This document shows, piece after piece, positions 1 to 7,874 of a stretch of DNA of 64,000 nucleotides. Under the pieces are notes generated by a model. That model was not told where the DNA came from. It made no database searches and saw only the letters and a list, made by a program, of their open reading frames with translations. Within the stretch, counting starts at the first letter, position 1. Each line of letters begins with the position of its first letter. The stretch comes from Synechococcus sp. AG-679-C18 (GTDB lineage Bacteria; Cyanobacteriota; Cyanobacteriia; PCC-6307; Cyanobiaceae): assembly GCA_003210755.1 (NCBI GenBank), contig QCUL01000013.1:196-64195 (forward strand), given 5' to 3'. Made by a program: the position numbers and the translations under genes.

Positions 1-54
1 GGTCGGTCTTAACCAACGGCTGCCTGATGTGTTTTTGATTTGAGTGATGGCTGC

Positions 55-204
55 TTAATCCCCCACGACCTCAACGTAGAGCGGATTGCCTGGACTTTGT
101 CCCATTTCCATCGCATGTGCAATCAGCGGCACCATGATGATGGAGACCGCCAGCAATGCAGTCGCGGCAGGTTGAGCCAGCTTGATCCAGTCTTCTTTGG
201 TCAT
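55..204 (-). CDS. hypothetical small membrane protein (49 aa, below the ORF-track cutoff)
   Basis: Hand translation of the minus strand, ATG at 204 to TAA at 57-55: MTKEDWIKLAQPAATALLAVSIIMVPLIAHAMEMGQSPGNPLYVEVVGD. One hydrophobic helix. No family recognised. Confidence 0.25.
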   Translation of the reverse strand: MTKEDWIKLAQPAATALLAVSIIMVPLIAHAMEMGQSPGNPLYVEVVGD

Positions 205-560
205 CCTTTTTGGGCATTCACTTCACTTGAGATAGCAACGTTTTTGGCTCCTCTGCAGGAATCTCAAGCAGAACTTGATAAGTGACTGCCTTTTCGATCA
301 GATCACCTTGCACGCACTTTCAAACCACGCTGCCTTGCTTAGTTGTGATGTGAGCAGTTGTCACGATTGTGATGCTCTTTTACCCTCTGATCAATATTCG
401 GTGAGTACTAACAATCAGTTGTGACAGGTTCTGTCCAGATCATTCATGCTAATGATTTTAAAATACATCTTCAGCTTAGGGGCTTAAGCATCCGCAAACA
501 TCATTGGTCATTGCGGTTTGAGAACGTTTTAGCTAAGAACAATATAGAAGTTGATAGACA

Positions 561-836
561 ATGCGTAGTATTTGGAAATTCCTTTTGAGGTCAGTCGTTG
601 TCTTTGCTACTTATGGCTTTGTCGGCGGCATCATTGGATTGTTTAGATGTGGATTTCCTCAGGCTGGTCTAATAGGAACTGGACTCATTGGTCTGATCGG
701 ATGGGGTGCATTAAATGCGTTAAATCCTGACAAATCGAGACGATCATTTCCTCCTAGAAAAGGAGTGGAACGAACACTTGTCTTGGGTGGCGCGATTTTT
801 GGAATAGTAGTGGGTATTACGGGAAAATGGTGTTAG
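561..836 (+). CDS. hypothetical Gly-rich small membrane protein (91 aa)
   Basis: ORF track. Repeated GxxxG-like hydrophobic segments (GFVGGIIGLF, GLIGTGLIGLIGWGA, GGAIFGIVVGITG). Lies in an AT-rich ORF-poor stretch. No family recognised. Confidence 0.35.
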   Translation: MRSIWKFLLRSVVVFATYGFVGGIIGLFRCGFPQAGLIGTGLIGLIGWGALNALNPDKSRRSFPPRKGVERTLVLGGAIFGIVVGITGKWC

Positions 837-1877
837 CAGGGCTGCAAGTCGATGATGCTCTAGATGATAAATATCCTCGCATGAGTGAGATGTTTGCCAG
901 TTCATTCGTCAAGAGTGGCTGAAGGTGTGAGGCCCTGCAAGCTTTTCTTGAAAGTGGCTCTTCTCTGCCAGGGATGCATCAAGATTTTTTTGATATGAGC
1001 AAGCTGAAAAAGGTTGAAGTTGTGGGACTCATTAATTTACTGCTTTCTTCAAGCGAAGCTTCCTGCACTCTTCAAAACATTCGTATTGACCCTTGCACAT
1101 TAGTATTTAGGAGAGTAAAAATCTGACTTCATTGTCAACTTGGTCGGCCAGGGTAAAGAGCTCAAGAAGTCATTAAATAATGTGGCAGTGCATTAGTGAA
1201 AAAGCGAGCCTGGTGGCTAAAAATCCATGCATCCATATATGTAGAGAAGGTTATCTTGACTCTTTACTTAAAGTAGAATAGGCAGGAGCAGATGAAGCCA
1301 ACATGCTCAGGCGGTTTGTTGATCCAATCATTATCTTCGCAATACTGCTTAGATAAAAACAGCTTATTTTCTAGCTTTTGTGTACCTAGCAGGAGGCATG
1401 GCTGATGTAAAAACTTTATTTTAAGGATCTAATATTAACTCTGGCATAAGCTACGGATAAACTTGCTGGTGGACGATCTGATGGGGGATATCCGCCTTGA
1501 AGTTAAAAAATTGGCCCCAATCCTAAATAAAGTCACCCGTGTTGAAGCGGAGGTTAAGTCAACAAGTTGATTTAGCCAAAAGCCAGCACCAAAAGACAAG
1601 CTTCCTTACGAAGGAGTCCTAATACTGTGGACATTACTTTAAATTTCATCCTTAACGAAGGCATCCGCGAGCCCTGTTATTGCAACGGTTTTTCACTCAT
1701 AGCCATGATTTCTGTTCTCACTCTGTTGCAGGTGTGATTCAGGTCTTTGAATCACCGTGCTCGAGCTTGGAGTCGAGTGATTGTCGTGCGTGCTGGATTA
1801 CCTATCCGTTGGCAATCTCTTGCTGGTCCGTACCAAATGAACCAGTAGCCTTCGTTGTCTCGGTTCAGTGCCATGGT

Positions 1878-2708
1878 TCACAGCCTTTTCAGCGCTGCAT
1901 CCAGGCCATCGATGACTCCGGCGAAGAAGCAAAGATCAAGCGTGTCAATCGTGTCGCTCATCCGGTGGTAATTGGGGTTCCTCATGAAGGAGGTGTCCGT
2001 CACCATCAAGGCGTCGTAACCCTGATCCCAGAACGGACTATGGTCGCTTCGGCGTAAATCGGGCACATCAATTCCAGCGCGTGGTATCGGCAACGCTTTG
2101 GTGGTGATGTGTTGTCCCATGGCATGCGTGAGTCGGGTGAGCATCAATCCAGCACGAGCGTTGGCCACCAGAGCAATGAAGTCGCCGCGATCGCCGTAGA
2201 GCCTGCGCATGGCGGGATGGGGATAGACCTGCTCAACGCTTGTGTAGGCGAGCATTTCAAGACTCACCATTAATTTAAGTCGTTGGTGCTCAGCCTTGAG
2301 CTTCTCTGCCAGCGCTGAGCTTCCGAGCATTCCCCATTCCTCCTGATCGAAGGCCACCAACCAGACAGGTCGTCTGGGAGGTTCAGCGCGCCATCGTCTG
2401 CCCAGTTCGAGGAGGGCTGTGACCGCACTGGCATTGTCATCAGCTCCAATCGAATTGACAGGGCCGTCGTAATGAGCGCCCACCAGAAGTGGCCGATGCC
2501 TGGGGATGCGGCCAGGAAGTTTCAAAATAAAATTGACGCCCTCATGGCTACTACGCGTGAAGCGGTGCTCTTCCACATCCCCCAGCACAGCGAGTTGTTC
2601 GCGCAAATAGCAGCGCACGGACATCAGTCCAACCGGATCCCAGAAGGCATGGCGGGGAATGGCGATTGCTTCGAGGTCCTTTCGGCAGGCTGGTGAGAGC
2701 GATGTCAT
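1878..2708 (-). CDS. M28-family zinc peptidase (aminopeptidase-like)
   Basis: 276-aa ORF with GAHYD...GADDNASAV...DQEEWGMLGS...SDHSPF metal-ligand pattern typical of peptidase M28. Confidence 0.8.
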   Translation of the reverse strand: MTSLSPACRKDLEAIAIPRHAFWDPVGLMSVRCYLREQLAVLGDVEEHRFTRSSHEGVNFILKLPGRIPRHRPLLVGAHYDGPVNSIGADDNASAVTALLELGRRWRAEPPRRPVWLVAFDQEEWGMLGSSALAEKLKAEHQRLKLMVSLEMLAYTSVEQVYPHPAMRRLYGDRGDFIALVANARAGLMLTRLTHAMGQHITTKALPIPRAGIDVPDLRRSDHSPFWDQGYDALMVTDTSFMRNPNYHRMSDTIDTLDLCFFAGVIDGLDAALKRL

Positions 2709-2869
2709 CCTTCCAGATTGTTCGTGGTTTGGAGGTTTCGCTGATCTTGAAAGTGTTCACTACAGAAACGGCTGGCTTACTGAACCGATTGATCAAGACT
2801 GCTCAACTTGTTAGATCTGCCATTGAAGGATTGACCGGTATCTCGAGTCTCTTGGGATTGCCTATCGTC

Positions 2870-3174
2870 TTACCAGGGGTGCATGTCAATCCACATCTTC
2901 CGACCATCGCGAAGTTTGTTTTGAGTACGGATTTAGTTACCGGTTATTCCTTCGTAGGTGACTCGATGTTGCAGGACGGCGTGATTGACGTCGTCAACCT
3001 CGCCGTGGATCCTCTGATCGCCATCCCAGAGCTTCGGCTGGCCGCCTGCTATGCCCAGCCAACGCCTTCAAGCCAATCATTGGCTTGACGTTGCGCGCTG
3101 AAGAGAACGGAGTGGGCGGGACCGTCAGATTTCAGACTGCCGTAGATAAAGATCAACTCGAGGGAAGAAGCCAT
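2870..3174 (-). pseudogene. gamma-glutamylcyclotransferase (GGCT/AIG2-like) family gene remnant with one frameshift and one in-frame TAA
   Basis: Hand translation. Frame A: MASSLELIFIYGSLKSDGPAHSVLFSAQRQANDWLEGVGWA then TAG. Shifted frame: GIAGGQPKLWDGDQRIHGEVDDVNHAVLQHRVTYEGITGN, TAA (2933-2935), IRTQNKLRDGRKMWIDMHPW, stop. The xFxYGSLK start and the HGEV...YEG...R...W.. pattern resemble GGCT-like proteins. Confidence 0.4.
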
Positions 3175-4270
3175 GGCACTTGCGGTGGTGGTGATCCTGC
3201 TATTGACAGCTTTGGGCTGGTGGTTAAGCCGCTCAACACCCTGGGGCCAGCAGCTCGGTATGACAATGGTCGTGCTGCTGTTGGGACTGTTGGTGACCAA
3301 CATCACTGGCTGGCAGCCTGATAAGCAGGCGACCAGCTGGATTAGCGGACCGCTCACTTCTTTAGCGATTGCCCAGTTGCTGCTCGCGGTTGATCTCCGG
3401 CGGGTGTGGCCTGATGCCCGCCGCTTGCTCACCCCCTTTGCGGCGGCTGTTCTGCTCACCTTGATAGCTGTGTTGCTGAGCGGACTTTTGCTGGGGCCCT
3501 GGCTGGGAGTGCAGCGTGGTGTTTTATCTGGGGTATTCACCGCCACCTTTACTGGCGGCAGCCTCAATTTTGTTTCTGTAGCACGAGCGTTGGATCCGCC
3601 GGAATCGCTTCTTCTGCTTGCCTCTGCTGCTGACCATGTGGCTTTTGCGATTTGGTTTGCCCTCAGCCTCTGGATCGGTCAGCGATGGGGACGTTTTGAG
3701 CCACCCAGCGCTAGTGAACCCAAAGCTCAGGAGCAACTCCAGGCCGGCAAGTGGGTGAGCTTCTATGGCCTGGCTTTGCTTTGGGGGGTGGGTGTGCTTA
3801 TGGCATCGCGCCTTCTGGGGCTACTTTTTCCAACTGTTCCCTCAATCTTGGTGCTCACTACCGTGGCGCTCATCGCTGCGCAATTACCCGGCCGCTTCAG
3901 CCGCCGTGGTTGTTATGGAGAAGGTTTGCTGCTGATTCAGCCTTTTTTCACGGTGATTGGCTTGAGCTCACCGGTGGGCGGCCTACTGGGAGAAGGATTG
4001 CCTGTTTTGATCTATGCCTTGCTAATTGTTGCGATGCAGGCTGTTGGTTTGTTGCTGTTGCGCCGGTGGCGCGGCTGGCCGTTAGCGGAGACCCTGGTTG
4101 CCTCGCAGGCATCGATTGGTGGGCCGAGCACGGCGTTGGCTTTGGCCACATCGCTCAAGCGCCCTGAATTGGCGTTGCCTTCAGTAGCCGTAGGACTTCT
4201 GGGTTATGTAGTGGGTACGTACCTAGGCTTGATTGTTAGTGCTGTGCTGTTGGTGTCTCCAGCGCCATGA
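3173..4270 (+). CDS. polytopic integral membrane protein (DUF819-like by recollection)
   Basis: 365-aa ORF, about 10 hydrophobic segments, core-like GC. The family name is from memory only. The start could be an internal Met (MTMVV...). Confidence 0.65.
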   Translation: MALAVVVILLLTALGWWLSRSTPWGQQLGMTMVVLLLGLLVTNITGWQPDKQATSWISGPLTSLAIAQLLLAVDLRRVWPDARRLLTPFAAAVLLTLIAVLLSGLLLGPWLGVQRGVLSGVFTATFTGGSLNFVSVARALDPPESLLLLASAADHVAFAIWFALSLWIGQRWGRFEPPSASEPKAQEQLQAGKWVSFYGLALLWGVGVLMASRLLGLLFPTVPSILVLTTVALIAAQLPGRFSRRGCYGEGLLLIQPFFTVIGLSSPVGGLLGEGLPVLIYALLIVAMQAVGLLLLRRWRGWPLAETLVASQASIGGPSTALALATSLKRPELALPSVAVGLLGYVVGTYLGLIVSAVLLVSPAP

Positions 4271-4451
4271 ATCACTGGGGTTGATGTCAGCAAGAGGTCG
4301 AAATTTGACCTGCGAATAGCTCTCTCCTGAGGTGGCAGGTCATTGGTCTTGAACCTAGATTTCAAAACTGCTCAACCCTGAGACGAACTGTTGGTGAAAG
4401 CCATATTTGATGATCACAACATCATTAACATACGTCGTCTCTCAGGCTTCT

Positions 4452-5089
4452 TTATTTAAACCAGTTTTGCCAGATAGGCCAATCATTGATCATTTGTGCA
4501 GTAATTTCGTAACCGTTTTCATCGCAATGCATTTTGTCACCTCGTTTGAGACCTTCCATATAGTCTTTATTTGTAAGCAGAGGAGTCAAGATGTCTAGGA
4601 ATGGAATGCTATGTTTCCTGACGACATCTCGATAAGCATTATTCAGAGCGATTGGCCAGCTTTGATCAAAACTTATAGCAAAACCGGGTTTTGGAGTCAT
4701 CGGAGAGCATGGGACATTGACCGGTGATTGTCCAATCCATTGAGTTTTATACAGCGCTGACACTTCAGTAGCGATTGTTCGGGCATTCTCAACACTGTTG
4801 CCATGTTCTACGCGCACTCCTGAGCCCTGAATTTCTGCTACATCGTTTAGACCAAGTGAAGCACTACGCGGTTATCTGATCCATCAGTAAGCCGCGCTCT
4901 GCACTCAGTCTTCCAGCGTGCCTTGATGTCAGCTGAAGTATCGCTACGAACACCCAACTCGTAAAAAGTGAATCTTCTTTTGAAGTTATATCGACCTCTA
5001 TAAAGGCGTTGGACTCAATCCAATAGTTCTATAACATCGGTTCCATTCATGTAGCTATTGCCGACGAAGTAAATTCTCAGATCATCCAT
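4452..5089 (-). pseudogene. SGNH/GDSL-family hydrolase pseudogene (TGG to TGA nonsense plus 1-nt deletion)
   Basis: Hand translation: MDDLRIYFVGNSYMNGTDVIELLD, TGA (5017-5015), VQRLYRGRYNFKRRFTFYELGVRSDTSADIKARWKTECRARLTDGSDNRVVLHL. The frame then slips near 4852-4856 into LGLNDVAEIQGSGVRVEHGNS...GDKMHCDENGYEITAQMI (ORF 4452..4817). SGNH blocks I (GNS), II (GVRSDT), III (GLND) and V (DxxHxxxxGY) all occur in order. Confidence 0.7.
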
Positions 5090-5345
5090 ATCGTAAATTC
5101 AATTCAGTACTCATTATATTTAATGTATCAATGCTTGAACGTGCAACCCCACTTTCTTGATGATATTGCAGTGGAGAAGAATTAGTATTTTGCAGCTTAG
5201 ATAATGAAATCTTTTATGTCTAAATACTTCGCAGATTTTGGCAGAAACTTCCTTTTTCATGGGATTTGAGGCTCAATCAAATTCTTGAGTAGTGGCATCA
5301 ACTCACGTAGACAAGCAACTCAAGTTCCTTCGTAAGAGGAGTCAT

Positions 5346-5573
5346 CTAAAGACATACCACTTGAGAGCAAACCGAACCGCCACCTGTAGTGAGATCACCA
5401 GCTACGCATCAAGTTCATCTTCACTGAGTTGGTTGAGCACTTCAGCAATGAATTCGTGACTATGCTCTTTAGCAATACCTGCAATGCTTTAATCGATTTT
5501 GCTATTTTGAGCTTTCATTGATGCTTGTGTTGTCGTTGACTTTGGCGAAAAATATTTTAGTTGTTCTAGGCAT
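5346..5573 (-). pseudogene. Nif11-type leader peptide (prochlorosin-like RiPP precursor) remnant with two frameshifts and one in-frame TAA
   Basis: Hand translation in three segments: MPRTTKIFFAKVNDNTSINE / MKAQNSKID, TAA, SIAGIAKEHSHEFIAEVLNQLSEDELDA / VAGDLTTGGGSVCSQVVCL, stop. It resembles the Nif11 leader consensus (..F..KV..D.SL.EKLKA...IAKE.GF.....L...LSDEELE.VAGG) followed by a Cys/Ser/Thr-rich core. Confidence 0.45.
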
Positions 5574-5580
5574 ATTGGAG

Positions 5581-6315
5581 TTAGGCCTCTCCTTGAGATT
5601 CAAAGTTCAGATGTAGCCATTGTTGAATCACGTTAGAGACCATTAGTGGTTGCTCCCAGATTAAATTATGACCACATGACTCAAGAATCACGGTCTGGAA
5701 TATGGCTGGATCTTGTAGATACTTAAATTGATCAACTGGAGTTAGCAATGTATCTGAGGCTCCCGCGATCGCAAGCGATGGACATTGAATATCAGGGATG
5801 CATTGACTTACGTTTGGGTTTTCAAGTATGGCTTTGGTTTGCCTGAGGAAAATCTCAGGACCTATGCGGCCAGCCATTGATACCCAGCGATCAGCCATAG
5901 CATCTCTCGTCTTTTTGCTTGTAAATCCTTCTACAACAACTGGCCTTAGTGAATCCAAGGGTTTTCCAGACTTAAGTTCTTTGTTAAGACTCTGGATCAC
6001 TCCAAGATATTGAGACGGTGCTTCTGTCCATGAAGAAATCAGAATCATGCCCTTAACGCTAGATCTCAACCTGCTTGCCACTTTCTGTGCGACCCAACCA
6101 CCCATTGAAAAACCAACCAAAAGAAGTTCTGAGTGATGATATTGCTTTTCGATTTTATGAGCCATTTCATCTAATGAGATTTCTGAGGTGAACATCATGC
6201 ATTTCGTATGATTGATACTTTGATTATTTTTTAAGTCATTATCTAACTCCAGCATGGAGTCACTATCACAGCCAAATCCAGGCAGCATTAGCGCTATCAA
6301 TTTCGAGTCATCCAT
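5581..6315 (-). CDS. alpha/beta-fold hydrolase
   Basis: ORF 5581..6456. GFSMGG nucleophile elbow, LMLPGFG oxyanion region, C-terminal ...SCGHNL... His. The likely start is MDDSKLIALMLPGFG at 6315; the longer ORF start at 6456 is possible. AT-rich. Confidence 0.75.
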   Translation of the reverse strand: MDDSKLIALMLPGFGCDSDSMLELDNDLKNNQSINHTKCMMFTSEISLDEMAHKIEKQYHHSELLLVGFSMGGWVAQKVASRLRSSVKGMILISSWTEAPSQYLGVIQSLNKELKSGKPLDSLRPVVVEGFTSKKTRDAMADRWVSMAGRIGPEIFLRQTKAILENPNVSQCIPDIQCPSLAIAGASDTLLTPVDQFKYLQDPAIFQTVILESCGHNLIWEQPLMVSNVIQQWLHLNFESQGEA

Positions 6316-6470
6316 GGTGATCTGTACTGCCCTCTTTTTGAGTAGTGGTGGGCAATGGAGCAAGAAATGTAGCAGTAGCGAGAGCCCTGCCGTGAACTGG
6401 CACAGCATGGCAGAGAGCTTGATTGGATTACCAAGCTGACGTCTTCCTAGCACCAATGCAAGCGGCAGTA

Positions 6471-6491
6471 GGCAATTTCAGCTTTGCTGGT
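6471..6491. repeat. left copy of a 21-nt direct repeat (ggcaatttcagctttgctggt)
   Basis: 19/21 identical, with a 14-nt exact core tcagctttgctggt, to 7675..7695. The copies are 1204 bp apart and bracket the IscA-like gene. Confidence 0.4.
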
Positions 6492-6586
6492 TGACCGTTG
6501 ATTCGAAGAGTGTACTTTCCATCGGTTATTCATTAGATCAGGAGCGTTGTGATGTGGAGTTGAAAGAATTAGCTGATCTGGCTATG

Positions 6587-6606
6587 GCCACCTTGGTGGC
6601 TTTTTG
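6587..6606 (+). terminator. terminator-like hairpin (GCCACC-tt-GGTGGC followed by TTTTT)
   Basis: Read directly. The T-run is only on the plus strand. No convincing upstream plus-strand gene, so the function is unclear. Confidence 0.2.
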
Positions 6607-7183
6607 CCTTCACGTTATATGTAACAAAATTATGATGTTCAATCAAATGAAAGTGCTACACGAGCTTTTGGGAAGACTCAAGCATTAGATCTAGTTGTCG
6701 TGAAATCTACTCACAGAAATTATGCTCGGATCTCCCCTCATCAATTAATTCGGATGATAATCCTAATCACTGATGCAAGGAGAAGTGCCCGCTGCTCACT
6801 ACTGTTATCTCACTACAGAAGTTTTTGCTGTGAGTTGCTCCAATCAATAGTTCTTTTAGATACACAACCACCTGATGGGTAACGCCAAATTCGAACATCA
6901 GACATTCGGGGATGTGCTGCATCATTTGGTGCAAGGGTTGTTGAAATAACGACCTACCCAAATCAAAGATCTGCTGTCAGTGGCGTTATTCGTCTGGGCT
7001 ATAAGTGCTTAACTACCTAGAAAACCTGCATCTCTCGTTTAGGTTCTGGCTACGAAAATCAGGTCATTGGTATCGGTGTGATAATCCATAAACCTTTTCT
7101 AGTATTATTTGGGCGGTAATAAGTAGTTAATGTTGGCCAGCGATTGAATCAATCAACTATAAGAAAGGATATTCAGTTAATGG

Positions 7184-7510
7184 ATGAACATTCTTATCAC
7201 TCAGGCTGCCGCCTCTGAATTAATGCGCCTTTCGTTGATGTCGCGGGATGGTGTTGCCGGGAGAATGTTTATCGGCATCACTCCAGGCGGATGCGCCTCA
7301 TGGTCATTTTCTGTTAGCGCATCTGGTAACTTAGAAATTCCTATATCTCGCAGCAATGGAATAACATTATATACTGAAAAAGTACATGTGGAGAAGCTGA
7401 AGAATATTGCCATCGACTATATCGAAAACTTGGCTGGAGGAGGATTTGTTTTCACTGGTGAAAAAATTAATGTCATGCCTTGTGGCAATTGCTTTGAATT
7501 TAATGATTGA
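7184..7510 (+). CDS. HesB/IscA-like iron-sulfur cluster insertion protein, divergent
   Basis: 108 aa. N-terminal ITQAAASEL..., GGCASWSF (the IscA GGCSG region), and C-terminal PCGNCFEF in place of the canonical CGCGxSF. Confidence 0.6.
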   Translation: MNILITQAAASELMRLSLMSRDGVAGRMFIGITPGGCASWSFSVSASGNLEIPISRSNGITLYTEKVHVEKLKNIAIDYIENLAGGGFVFTGEKINVMPCGNCFEFND

Positions 7511-7674
7511 ACGAATTCACGTTGTGTAATATTTTAAATCCGTAAGGTATAGGATGAGGAATCTACGGATGTCTGAAAATTATGTTATTCCATAAAAAGT
7601 AGAAGAATCAAGTTTGTCCATCAGAAGTTCTATTAAAGAGCTGTATCCCTTTGACGTTGCTGCGAGCTGCTGTG

Positions 7675-7695
7675 GGCAGTCTCAGCTTTGCTGGT
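7675..7695. repeat. right copy of the 21-nt direct repeat (ggcagtctcagctttgctggt)
   Basis: See 6471..6491. Lies 66 nt from the 3' end of tRNA-Thr. Confidence 0.4.
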
Positions 7696-7760
7696 AGTCA
7701 GTAGGTAACAAAGAACTCCGCTACAGCTCAAAACCGTGCTGCAACTGAGTTCGTTTCTCA

Positions 7761-7833
7761 AGCCGATGACCTGACTTGAACAGGCGACCCACGCTTTACG
7801 AAAGCGTTGCTCTACCAGCTGAGCTACATCGGC
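7761..7833 (-). tRNA. tRNA-Thr (anticodon CGU)
   Basis: The minus strand reads GCCGATG TA GCTC AGCTGGTA GAGC A ACGCT TTCGTAA AGCGT GGGTC GCCTG TTCAAGT CAGGT CATCGGC T. This gives a full cloverleaf of 73 nt with anticodon loop TT-CGT-AA. Confidence 0.9.
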
Positions 7834-7874
7834 GACATTAGGAACTTAACATTTGGCATTACGCATCACAGGGT

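Noticed and set aside
40-285. 81-aa plus-strand ORF at the left edge
   Set aside because: Odd His/Arg/Cys-rich composition and no motif. The opposite strand carries a cleaner 49-aa hydrophobic ORF (55..204). It was treated as a shadow ORF.
880-1010. Possible second Nif11-like leader fragment on the minus strand (..QLQPFSACSYQKNLDASLAEKSHFQEKLAG..)
   Set aside because: The resemblance depended on stitching frames. In a single frame, the spacing to the Nif11 consensus is off by three residues, there is no start codon, and no core peptide follows.
3049-3567. 172-aa minus-strand ORF overlapping the 365-aa membrane-protein gene
   Set aside because: Most of it is antisense to the membrane-protein gene and compositionally implausible. 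Only its last 41 codons (from the Met at 3174) look real; they are reported as the N-terminal fragment of the GGCT-like pseudogene.
4378-4449. Imperfect inverted repeat cctgagacga ... tcgtctctcagg downstream of the membrane-protein gene
   Set aside because: The arms are interrupted by an extra dinucleotide, the loop is about 50 nt, and there is no U-tract. It is not convincing as a terminator or structured RNA.
5130-5170. Possible remnant of the tRNA-Thr 3' half (cttgaacgtgcaaccccactttc versus cttgaacaggcgacccacgctttac)
   Set aside because: Only about 13/17 matches over the T-arm-like core, and a gap is needed beyond it. T-arm-like strings are common. This is not enough to call an att duplication.
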